NCBI RefSeq assembly: GCF_035285525.1
Contig: NZ_JAYKGW010000187.1
Location: forward strand, 1 to 32,000
DNA: 32,000 nucleotides
Source: Okeania sp.
GTDB lineage: Bacteria; Cyanobacteriota; Cyanobacteriia; Cyanobacteriales; Microcoleaceae
Reading direction: 5' to 3'
Shown: in pieces, positions 19,349 to 28,360 of the stretch
How the letters are laid out: the number at the start of each line of letters is the position of its first letter
How positions within the stretch are numbered: the first letter of the stretch is position 1
Program-made: the position numbers and the translations under genes
Notes under the pieces: model-generated
The model's input: the letters and a program-made list of their open reading frames with translations, nothing else
Databases searched by the model: none
Told to the model about the DNA's origin: nothing

Positions 19349-19732
19349 GAATGACAAAATTCTCACCATATAAAGACATGATGATATAATTTATTTTTAT
19401 AATTAGGACTTAGACAAAACAACCTATTTCTGTCATGGCGCGACTCGCAGCACAAGCGACAGCGTTATGCGGAGCGCAAAACCCACGTTAATGCTGCGCA
19501 AACAGCTATTAACTTTCAGTTGTCAGCTAGCCTCCTGGGTCGTAACTTCGCAATTCAGCAATAAAATTCTGTCTTTAAAGCTATCCATTATAAATTTTTA
19601 TATCAAGAGAGATGTTTATAAAGTATAGTCTTAAAGGAAGGGTTTAAATCTCAAACCAAAAACAATAGCTGAATTGGGCAGTTCCGGCCATAGGAGGCTA
19701 ACAGATAACAGATAACAGATAACTGATAACTG

Positions 19733-20608
19733 TTAACGGCCTTTTCTACTGCCAAAACCACCACTCCGACGTGAAGGTGATAACCCACCGCTACCAAAAC
19801 TACGACGTTGTTGAGGAGGTTTTGCTGTATCTGAGCGACGCAAGTCACTAGCACCAACACCGCTTCCAGTAGAACGATTTGTATTTTGTTGTTGTTTACG
19901 AGTTCTGCTGCTGCCAGTAGAATTAGTTACACCTGTGGAACGCAAAGTTTGACGGTTTTTTACTGCTGCTGGTGGAGCTTGATAACGTTCTTGATATCGG
20001 TTAATAGCTTGGTTGTAGCTAGTTCCATATCCACCATACCCATTCATTACTCCACCTGCTTGATAAACTGGTGGTACATAATATTGAGGGGTGAACAACA
20101 TACTACTAATTGCTCCACCAACTACTTGACCTGCTACTGCTCCAGCAAAAGGTGCCCAGAAGTTAGACTCCCGACGCACAACAATAGTTTCTTGTCTACC
20201 AGTTTCTGGGTTAGTTTGGGTTTCGGTTACGTTGTGTACATATTCAATTTTAAAGTCAGATTTAATGTGTAAACTAGCTTGATTACTATTAATTTTGGCA
20301 TAGTTACTTTTGCCTTCCTGAATTTCCTCTTCTGTTAAACTTGCCATTTGCAAGTCTGTAGTGGTATAAATTGGAGGTTTACCTGAAGGAGTATTCAGTA
20401 ACATGAGGGAATATTCACCATTAGCATCGTTATAGGTTGCTTGTTGTACAGGATATTCTCCTTCAGTTACTTGGTTACGGTTGGGATTAGATGTAGATGA
20501 GATATTGAGATTTGAGTTTTGAGATGAGGTTGTACTGGAACTGCCACAGGCAACTGTTGTCCAAGACAATATTAAGCACATAAACAAAACGGTTAATTTA
20601 CGCAGCAT
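19733..20608 (-). CDS. Putative lipoprotein with a basic S/G/R-rich C-terminal tail
   Basis: Signal plus lipobox-like MLRKLTVLFMCLILSWTTVAC-GSS. 291 aa with a low-complexity tail. The stop abuts a gataaca heptamer array (19699-19732). Confidence 0.72.
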   Translation of the reverse strand: MLRKLTVLFMCLILSWTTVACGSSSTTSSQNSNLNISSTSNPNRNQVTEGEYPVQQATYNDANGEYSLMLLNTPSGKPPIYTTTDLQMASLTEEEIQEGKSNYAKINSNQASLHIKSDFKIEYVHNVTETQTNPETGRQETIVVRRESNFWAPFAGAVAGQVVGGAISSMLFTPQYYVPPVYQAGGVMNGYGGYGTSYNQAINRYQERYQAPPAAVKNRQTLRSTGVTNSTGSSRTRKQQQNTNRSTGSGVGASDLRRSDTAKPPQQRRSFGSGGLSPSRRSGGFGSRKGR

Positions 20609-21008
20609 ATAATGATAGCTCCTAAAATAACTTTGAGTGATTTTTACTTACTTATTCTACCTTGATTTTGCTTTTGAATATGTAAGGTAGTGAAATATTT
20701 TATCCCTTAGACCTCTCCAAAAATCAAACTTAAAATCAATTATCCCATACGAAATTATCAATTATTCTTCCCTGTTCTCACATATCTAGTGTTCCCTGTT
20801 CCCTCTTTTCTAGAGATGTCTCTTGATTTTTCTCCCATAGTCAGCAAAAAATGCTAAATTTTTGATTTTTCACCGATTTATCGGGAACCGTACCGTACCT
20901 GAGAGACTTAAAAGCTGGTAATTTTTCCAGAGATAAGAATGCTAAAACATTTACCTGTCAATCCTTTGATATTTAATCAGCCAGCCCTAATTATCCATTA
21001 TGAATTTA

Positions 21009-22958
21009 CTACTCTCCTTTCCCTGAATTCAAAACCTTCACAGCCGCTCCATCATTCAACTTCTGTAAACCTGAAACAATCAACTTATCCCCAGACACCA
21101 AACCCGACACCACCTCAGTCATATCACCCTGAACCAAACCCAACTCAATTATTTGACGTTTTGCCTTTTGCTGTTCACCTTCTCCCTCCAATAAATACAC
21201 AAATCGTGTCTCCCCTTCAAAAACTACTGCCGTCATTGGTACTACTACTGCTTGACGCTGTTCCCAAATCGCATTAACTTGCACAAACTGACCATCTTTT
21301 AAATTTCCAGCCCTATTATCCACATCTACTTTAACCAAAACAGTTTGAGAATCACTAACAGTAGGAGAAATAAAACTAACCTTCCCAACTCCCAAAATCT
21401 TATCTTCAGAACTCCTAATCTCCACAGGTAAACCCAGTCGTAAATCCTCTCGTCTCTCCAAAGGAATTGGTAAATTTACATCTAATACCTGATTTTCGGT
21501 CACAGTAGTTATAGTGTCACCATCATTAACAAAATCTCCTATCTTTACAACCATATCTCCAATCACACCTGCAAAAGGAGCAACAACCACCATATTGTCT
21601 AACTCAGCCTCCCAATTTTCTACCTCCGCTAAAGCTGCTCTTACTTCCGCCTCTGCCTGAGCAATTTCTTCCGAGCGAGTACCATTTTGCAACTCCTCTA
21701 AATTACTACGAGTCTCTGCTACCTCTGCCTCTGCTCTGGCAATCTCTTCCGGACGAGTACCATTTTGCAGTTCCTCTAAATTACTACGAACCTCTGCTAC
21801 TTCTGCCTCTGCCTGAGCAATTTCTTCCGGGCGAGTACCATTTTCTAGTCTTCTCAATATCTGGCGTTGTTGTTCTAATGCTGCTTCTAATGTTTGAATT
21901 GTAGATTCTCGATTTCTCTGTAACTGAGTCACTCGTTTTTTTGCTTCTTCTAATCTGGCTTTAGCTGCTCTCTCTTCCTGAAAAATTTCCTGAAAAGTTA
22001 ACTCAGCGATCGCTCCTTCTGCTCTTAAATTTTGGTTTCGCGTGACTTCTTCACTAGCTAATTCTAATTCTGCTTTTTGTACTTCTATTTGTGCCTCAGC
22101 TTGAGCAATTTCTTCTAAAAGACTACCCGTTCTGGCATTTTCTAGTCGTACTTTTGCCTCTTGTAATTCTGCTTTAGCTTCGGCAATCTCTTCCTCACGA
22201 GTACCAGCCCGGAGTTCAGCCAAGTTAGCTTGAGATTGTTGGAGACGTGCTCTAGCTGCGGCAATTTGTTCTGGTCTGGCTCCTGTTTTTAGTTGTGCCA
22301 AAGTAGCTTGAGATTGTTGGAGACGTGCTTTAGCTGCAGCAATTTGTTCTGGTCTGGCTCCTGTTTTTAGTTGTCCTAAACGTGCTTCTCTTTGCTGAAA
22401 GTTAGCTTTTGCTCTCCTTAAGTTAGCTTCCACATTATCACTTTTGAGTTTAGCGATCGCCTGCCCTTCAAAAACAAAAGTTCCTTCTTTTACTAAAATT
22501 TGGACTACCCTTCCATCTATTTCTGGTTTAATACTAACTGAGCGTTTGGCTTCCATAGTTCCTACAAATTCTGAAGTTTCTTGGAGGGAGGTAATTTTTA
22601 TTGGTATTACTTTAACTAAGGGAGTTCGTCGTCTACTTGGAGCTGTTTTTGCTGGTTGGTTTGTTGTTTGGTTAATATTAGATTGTCTAGATTCCCACCA
22701 TTGTCCTCCTAGAAATCCCAGTCCGAGAGTGGCAATAATTACTGTTACCCAAAGTACAACAGAAAAATTCTTTTTTTCAGACTGAGACGATTGAGGAATA
22801 GTATTTATTTGCTCTTCATGGAATTCTGTTTTAGTATTTTCTTGTAGATTTTCTATCGGTTTAGGTTTTTCTTCAATTACTGAGTTTGATGAATTATTAT
22901 TTAGCATTTTTTGACTTTTATTTTTAATTTTTTTGACTAAAGTTATAGTAATTCTCAA
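21009..22958 (-). CDS. HlyD/membrane-fusion-family periplasmic adaptor with an expanded coiled coil
   Basis: N-terminal TM helix (VVLWVTVIIATLGLGFLGG). Barrel-sandwich motifs are present (GTMEAKRSVSIKPEIDGRV..., APFAGVIGDM). About 8 copies of the G(A/T)RPEEI-A-A-A hairpin repeat. An alternative start lies at 22907 (MLNNNSS). Confidence 0.9.
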   Translation of the reverse strand: MRITITLVKKIKNKSQKMLNNNSSNSVIEEKPKPIENLQENTKTEFHEEQINTIPQSSQSEKKNFSVVLWVTVIIATLGLGFLGGQWWESRQSNINQTTNQPAKTAPSRRRTPLVKVIPIKITSLQETSEFVGTMEAKRSVSIKPEIDGRVVQILVKEGTFVFEGQAIAKLKSDNVEANLRRAKANFQQREARLGQLKTGARPEQIAAAKARLQQSQATLAQLKTGARPEQIAAARARLQQSQANLAELRAGTREEEIAEAKAELQEAKVRLENARTGSLLEEIAQAEAQIEVQKAELELASEEVTRNQNLRAEGAIAELTFQEIFQEERAAKARLEEAKKRVTQLQRNRESTIQTLEAALEQQRQILRRLENGTRPEEIAQAEAEVAEVRSNLEELQNGTRPEEIARAEAEVAETRSNLEELQNGTRSEEIAQAEAEVRAALAEVENWEAELDNMVVVAPFAGVIGDMVVKIGDFVNDGDTITTVTENQVLDVNLPIPLERREDLRLGLPVEIRSSEDKILGVGKVSFISPTVSDSQTVLVKVDVDNRAGNLKDGQFVQVNAIWEQRQAVVVPMTAVVFEGETRFVYLLEGEGEQQKAKRQIIELGLVQGDMTEVVSGLVSGDKLIVSGLQKLNDGAAVKVLNSGKGE

Positions 22959-23147
22959 AAAGAATGAGGTACAAAATTCCTAATTTTTAGGCAATAGGAA
23001 ATAGGAATTATCGTTATGTGGGAATAGGAAAAAAACTGTACCTCAGTTACTTGAGAAACGTTATTATTTCGAGTTACTACTCATTTTTTATACTTTCTTA
23101 GATCGAGAATTTATCAATTATAATTCTCCTCTGAATTAAATGATTTT

Positions 23148-23379
23148 GTAAGCATTCAGCTATTATAGCAATCAGCAATGAGATGTGAGAAAAAAACTGT
23201 AGGGGTTTGGTCTCCAATTTCTCGGGAACCGTACCCAAGTGTTAAGGGATTTAGAAACCAAACCCCGCATTTATAAAATCTTACAACCTATTTCAGATTG
23301 CTATAGCTGATAGCTGATAGCTGTTTCGCTTGCTTCGCTGCCCATTCATGTCGCGCAGCATTCGGCAGGAAATGCTTAC
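23148..23379. mobile_element. MITE, GTAAGCATTCAGC family (copy 4) carrying a nested small inverted-repeat element
   Basis: gtaagcattcagc...cggcaggaaatgcttac. The flanks atgatttt / gttatttt match 6/8. The interior has ggggtttggt (23202-23211) / accaaacccc (23257-23266), which copies 1-3 lack. Confidence 0.7.
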
Positions 23380-24060
23380 GTTATTTTTTATTCTATTTTT
23401 AATTAGGGCTGAATGATTAATTATAAAAACATTTATATCATCAGGACTTACGCAAAGGTACTTACTATATCTATATGTAGATTTAAAAAACTATTTCGTA
23501 ATAGTTTTAAGTACTATATCTAGGGTTGCTGCGTAAGTCCCGATCATGTTCGTTTGAATACTTAAACTTTGCAGGAAGTAAGGCACAAGACAGAAAGCAG
23601 AAGGAAAGAAAAGGTAACTATGGGAGAAATTTTTTTTTATAACTGATTATCTGAAAATGATATTACAGGTAAAAGATTGATACTTCTTAGATTCGCAAAA
23701 AGTGCTAGATAAAGAGTTTAAAACCTGCAAAAAATTAGCATTTTAGACTAACTAAGGACAGAAAAATTGAGAGGCAATTATTACTCCTACTTTTTCTAAA
23801 TTACCTGTTTGTCCTGACTCCTAACCCCTACCTCTACCACTCATACTTTCCATACGCAAACCCTAATTACTTTTGACTTCCGTAAAATTGAATAACCCAT
23901 AAAAAGAAGTATTCGAGCGGATGAAATATATCGTAACAAATAATCAGTTAGTTTTCAATATTTCTTAATATTTGTCCAAATTTATTTAATCCTTTGTCAT
24001 GTTATGGTAGTAACTATGTTAAAATTTTGATAATTAACAAAAACTATAACGTTATAGTTA

Positions 24061-24350
24061 TGACGGAATTATTAGTAAGTACAACGGAAGCACCTTTGAA
24101 AAACCTAGCCAATCCTAGACATTTTTAGGAATTGTCTCTTCATTGGTTGCAGATTAAGTCAAAACTGACTACGTTGGCAGGTCACGACCACTATAAGTGA
24201 ACTCCAGCTTATATCCAGGTCGCTCTAAATTAAGGAAAGCGTTTAGTAGCGCCAATCGGAAGTAGGTTTTGTACCGATAGTGTTTAGAGTATGGACAAGC
24301 CTGGCCAACATAATCGAGGAACACTTTACTGAAAAGGACTAGACGCCAAA
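24061..24350 (+). ncRNA. Putative IscB omega RNA (HEARO-type guide/scaffold RNA); ends are approximate
   Basis: Sits immediately 5' of iscB on the same strand and is less AT-rich than surrounding spacers. Nested complementary segments: 24173-24183/24299-24309, 24186-24197/24208-24221, 24223-24229/24283-24289, 24255-24259/24274-24278. No ORF and no match to the local MITE families. Confidence 0.55.
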
Positions 24351-25655
24351 ATGTCTAACACTAATTACGTTTTCGTCATAGATACAAACAAAAAACCATT
24401 GCCACCCTGTAAGCCAAGTGTAGCTCGTAGATTGTTAAATTCTGCTAGAGCTGCTGTATGGCGACGCTTTCCGTTTACTTTAATTCTCAAAAAAGCTGTA
24501 AAAAGAGTTACCAAAATAACTTTAGTTCTGAAAATTGACCCAGGCTCAAAATTCACAGGTATGGCTTTATTAGAAGGAAATAAGGTGATATGGATGTTAG
24601 AAATTCAACATCGAGGTTCATTAATTTCCGAAAAACTGCAAAAGCGTTCTCAAAGAAGGAGAGCGAGAAGGACAAAAAATCTGAGATATCGTAAACCAGG
24701 ATTACCTAATAAAAAGAAACATACTGGTTGGTTAGCACCTTCTCTCATGCACAGAGTTGAAACTACTATGACTTGGGTGAAACGATTAATGAAGTTTTGT
24801 CCTGTTCAATCAATCTCAATGGAGCTGGTTCGCTTTGATACTCAATTGATTCAAAATCCAGAAATTTCTGGCACTGAGTATCAGCAAGGGGAATTAGCAG
24901 GGTATGAGCTGAGAGAATATTTATTAGAAAAATGGGGTCGTCAATGTGCTTATTGTGGTCAAACTGATACGCCACTAGAGATAGAACATATTCGCCCTAA
25001 GTCAAAAGGAGGTTCAGACCGAGCATCTAACTTAACAGTGGCCTGTACTAAATGCAATCAACTAAAGAGTAACCAAGATGTTAAGGACTTCTTATCTGGA
25101 AAACCAGAATTATTAAAGCGAATACAAACCCAAGCCAAATTGCCTTTAAAAGATGCAGCAGCGGTTAATTCTACTCGGTGGAAATTGTTCAATGCGTTAA
25201 AAACTACAGGTCTGGAAGTAACTACAGGTAGCGGGGGACAAACAAAATTTAACCGAAGAAAACATAAACTGCCAAAAGCGCACTGTATAGATGCTGCTTG
25301 TGTAGGTGAAGTTCGGGAGTTAAACTTTCATACTACCCAAGCTTTAGTTGCTATTTGCAAGGGGCAAGGAGGTAGACAGAAAGCAGCGGTAAATAAATAT
25401 GGATACCCCATAAGGTACAACCCACTAAAACCGATAAAAGGTTGGAATAGTGGAGACTTAGCTTTGAATATGGAAACTGGAGTTGTAGGTAGAGTTAATC
25501 CTCGCTCAAAATCAAATAGTTTTAATTTCACAGTGCCTGGGCACAAAGCCAAAAGTGTTCATGTAAGGAAATTAAAAATTGTACACAAGAAAGACGGTTA
25601 TGCCTATACATTTAGTCCACAGTTGTCCATAGATGTCAAGGAAAATGCCGTCTAA
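24351..25655 (+). CDS. iscB: IscB RNA-guided endonuclease (RuvC-HNH, OMEGA system)
   Basis: 434 aa. PLMP-like N-terminus (VFVIDTNKKPLPPCKPSVARRLL), RuvC-I LKIDPGSKFTGMA and an Arg-rich bridge helix RSQRRRARRTKNLRYRKP. Then RuvC-II WLAPSL...SMELVRFD, HNH CAYCG...LEIEHIRPKSKGGSDRASNLTVACTKCNQLK and RuvC-III HCIDAACVG. A C-terminal ~100-aa domain follows. Confidence 0.93.
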   Translation: MSNTNYVFVIDTNKKPLPPCKPSVARRLLNSARAAVWRRFPFTLILKKAVKRVTKITLVLKIDPGSKFTGMALLEGNKVIWMLEIQHRGSLISEKLQKRSQRRRARRTKNLRYRKPGLPNKKKHTGWLAPSLMHRVETTMTWVKRLMKFCPVQSISMELVRFDTQLIQNPEISGTEYQQGELAGYELREYLLEKWGRQCAYCGQTDTPLEIEHIRPKSKGGSDRASNLTVACTKCNQLKSNQDVKDFLSGKPELLKRIQTQAKLPLKDAAAVNSTRWKLFNALKTTGLEVTTGSGGQTKFNRRKHKLPKAHCIDAACVGEVRELNFHTTQALVAICKGQGGRQKAAVNKYGYPIRYNPLKPIKGWNSGDLALNMETGVVGRVNPRSKSNSFNFTVPGHKAKSVHVRKLKIVHKKDGYAYTFSPQLSIDVKENAV

Positions 25656-25787
25656 AACTTAACAGGTAGTCGTGGCCCTGAAGGAACTTGGAACAAAAAT
25701 AAGCGTAAAGCGAATACTTTTGTTCACGTTCTACGCAAGACTATTGATTATAACAGAAACAACGGAACTTCTCATCCTGCAATTGCC

Positions 25788-26075
25788 GTGAAAGTCGGAA
25801 ATAAAAAGGATTATTGTCACGCTTTGAAAATTCACGGACCCTGCGTAATAGTCTATCAACCCCATCAACCCAATACAAGTCAAGCTGGGGGAGCGCGCTT
25901 GTGGATGGAAGTTGAACCGCAACATAGAGTAGAGCGAGTATATTTTTCCGATGGAGATTATGGTCTGCCTCCAGAAGTGGTTCAGCAAAGACAGACATTT
26001 AAAAAGAAGAAATCAAAAGTCAAAAAGGGAAAACTGAAACCGAAGGGTAAGAAGGGTAATAAAAGAAGAAATTAA
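25788..26075 (+). CDS. Hypothetical protein with a lysine-rich tail; possibly a degraded gene
   Basis: The first canonical start is GTG at 25788. The frame is open and protein-like from 25710 (ANTFVHVLRKTIDYNRNNGTSHPAIA...). The C-terminus is KKKKSKVKKGKLKPKGKKGNKRRN. Two antisense ORFs overlap it, so coding status is uncertain. Confidence 0.4.
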   Translation: MKVGNKKDYCHALKIHGPCVIVYQPHQPNTSQAGGARLWMEVEPQHRVERVYFSDGDYGLPPEVVQQRQTFKKKKSKVKKGKLKPKGKKGNKRRN

Positions 26076-26511
26076 ATAATTTATACAAATAATTAGTCTG
26101 AGAAAGAAGATTTTTGAGCAGTGTCTATTTTCTGTTCTATTTTTTGCTGTCTAATTTTGACGGCTTATAATAAAGAGGTAGCGATCGCCAAAATAATTAT
26201 CAATTTTATACTTCATTTTATGTTTTACCTTACGAAGTTAATAATTCTAGTTAAGAAATAATTTTAAAGAAGCAAAAATCCCAGAGCATAACTATATTGT
26301 TTAGTCTGGAAATGTCAAAGGAGCCGACTTTTTGCATCTAAAATATTGAGATATTAATATTCAAAGCCAAAAGTTTTACCTACTGCTAAAATTTGATAAT
26401 TGATGTTTTAATTTCAACTTGCTCTGTTGATTCTGAATTGTCTAGTAAAAAATCACCAAGCATGATCGCTACCTCATAGTAGTTCTAAGGATCAGATAGA
26501 ATAGACCACTA

Positions 26512-26726
26512 AATAGGGTTTGCTGAAAAAGTATTTTTAAGGGGATGGGGAGATAGGGTGATGGGGTGATGGGGAGTAATTTTGTGACCCAACTCTTCCC
26601 CAAAATATGCTCCTTTTTGATTTTTCAGGAACTGTACCAAAGCTACCCAAAAAGTTGCACTTTTTCCTTACCTAAAAAGGTACTTATATATGTCAAATTT
26701 TTTAGATTTATTCAGCAAGCCCTAAA
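26512..26726. mobile_element. MITE, TAGGG...CCCTA family, complete copy
   Basis: tagggtttgctgaa (26514-26527) versus ttcagcaagcccta (26711-26724), 13/14 as an inverted repeat. TA on both flanks. The interior has gatgggg repeats and the tttttgatttttcaggaactgtacc core. Confidence 0.75.
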
Positions 26727-26857
26727 TATCTAAATTCATCCCTAATTTTAGTACATCAAAACTTATTTTGACAGTTATTTTATAGATTCACTATAATCCC
26801 TTCAAGAATTAGCTTTTCTAGTAAAAATTGATACTCAGGCTGGATGATAAATATATC

Positions 26858-27118
26858 TAGGGTTTGCGTATGGAAAGTCTGATGGTTAAAGGAGGGAGTA
26901 GGGAGTATGTAGTTGCATGCAACGTCCTTACAGAGTTAAGATTTAAGGGAGTTGTAGAAGAAGTGGTTATTTATAATCTCCCCTTAGTTTTTCTGTCATA
27001 ATTACCCTAAAGTCCTCACTTTTTCCCTCCATCAACCCAAAAGCTGGTACTTTTTTAGCATCTAAAATTATTCAAACGTTTATCTATAAACGCTTTCATA
27101 TTTAATCAGCAACCCCTA
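26858..27118. mobile_element. MITE-like element of the same superfamily
   Basis: tagggtttgcgtatggaaagtc ... tttaatcagcaaccccta. Contains gggagta repeats and the ttgcatgcaacgtcc palindrome fragment. Confidence 0.5.
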
Positions 27119-27205
27119 TATATATTAGACATATCCAATAATAAAAAATTAATCAATTAGGGGTAATCATTAATTATTTCCCTCTACTCCCTACTCCCTC
27201 TTTTC

Positions 27206-28360
27206 CTACAACTTCAAACTTAACTGTTCATCCGGCGGACTAAAGCCCAAATGCTTCCAACCTGCGGAAGTCACAACCCTACCACGAGGAGTACGTTGCA
27301 TAAACCCAATCTGCATCAAATATGGCTCATAAACTTCCTCAATAGTTTGAGCATCTTCCCCCGTCGCTGCTGCCATAGTCTCCAAACCAGCAGGCCCGCC
27401 ATTATAATTCTCTATCATAGTCCTCAATAAATTACGGTCAGTCCAATCTAAACCTAGAGGATCGACATTAAACAACTCTAAAGCTTCCCCTGCAACCTCA
27501 GCATTTATCGGACTTAACTTTTTGACCTCGGAATAATCTCTCACCCTGCGCAGTAAACGATTAGCGATTCGAGGCGTACCCCGGGAACGACGGGCAACCT
27601 CTTCAGCACCATCCTCTGTAATATCCATATTTAAAAGTTTTGCTGCTCGCATAATAATTAAACTCAGTTCATCAACCTCATAAAACCGTAACCTCTGAAT
27701 AATTCCGAAGCGATCGCGCAGAGGAGAAGTTAAGGAACCAACTCTAGTAGTTGCTCCTACCAAGGTAAAAGGTTTGAGAGGAATACTTTTAGTTTTAGAT
27801 GCTTTACCTTGACCGATTGTAATATCTAATCGAAAATCTTCCATGGCTGGATATAGAATTTCTTCGGTCATTTTGGAAAGGCGATGAATTTCATCTATAA
27901 ATAAAATATCTCCTTTTTGTAAACCTACTAGCAAGCCAACTATATCTCTAGGTTTTTCAATGGCAGGTGCAGTAGTAATTTTACAATTAACTTCCATTTC
28001 GGTTGCCAATATTAGAGACATTGTAGTTTTGCCTAACCCCGGAGGACCATACAATAGTAAATGGTCTAAAGATTCTTTTCTAGATTTAGCCGCCGAAATC
28101 GCAATATTCAATACTTCTTTAAGGTCTTTCTGTCCAATATATTCAGCTAACCTTTGAGGTCGGATTTTTTCTTCATTTTGATTACCGCTTTTTTCTTCAG
28201 TAGTTGCCTCTGCTGCTAATAAAGCTTCTACTTCGGCTGTTTCAGTTTGAGATTTTGATTTTTTGGTTTTATATGAAGTTCTTTTTTCGGAGGCTAAGAA
28301 AATGTTTTCATCTGGCCTTTCTGGTTGAGGAGATTGTTTTTTAGAAGAAAATATGGCCAT
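27206..28360 (-). CDS. ruvB: Holliday junction branch-migration helicase RuvB (with a ~65-aa K/E-rich N-terminal extension)
   Basis: [11 protein letters not shown], Walker [14 protein letters not shown], Walker [11 protein letters not shown], sensor [17 protein letters not shown], and a C-terminal winged helix. 384 aa. Confidence 0.96.
   Translation of the reverse strand: MAIFSSKKQSPQPERPDENIFLASEKRTSYKTKKSKSQTETAEVEALLAAEATTEEKSGNQNEEKIRPQRLAEYIGQKDLKEVLNIAISAAKSRKESLDHLLLYGPPGLGKTTMSLILATEMEVNCKITTAPAIEKPRDIVGLLVGLQKGDILFIDEIHRLSKMTEEILYPAMEDFRLDITIGQGKASKTKSIPLKPFTLVGATTRVGSLTSPLRDRFGIIQRLRFYEVDELSLIIMRAAKLLNMDITEDGAEEVARRSRGTPRIANRLLRRVRDYSEVKKLSPINAEVAGEALELFNVDPLGLDWTDRNLLRTMIENYNGGPAGLETMAAATGEDAQTIEEVYEPYLMQIGFMQRTPRGRVVTSAGWKHLGFSPPDEQLSLKL

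Noticed and set aside
20939-21277. 112-aa ORF (+) and 19651-19860(-)
   Set aside because: The first mostly overlaps the 3' end of the adaptor gene on the opposite strand and is proline/low-complexity rich. The second overlaps the lipoprotein gene out of frame and runs into the heptamer array.
24027-24059. Candidate sigma70-type promoter for the omega RNA (ttgata ... tatagt)
   Set aside because: The spacing between the best -35-like and -10-like hexamers is 21 nt, which is too long. I cannot support a specific promoter call from sequence alone.
25731-25998. Two overlapping 85-aa minus-strand ORFs
   Set aside because: They overlap each other and the plus-strand K-tailed ORF. The plus-strand reading looks more protein-like. 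Coding status of the whole segment remains uncertain, so they are not called.
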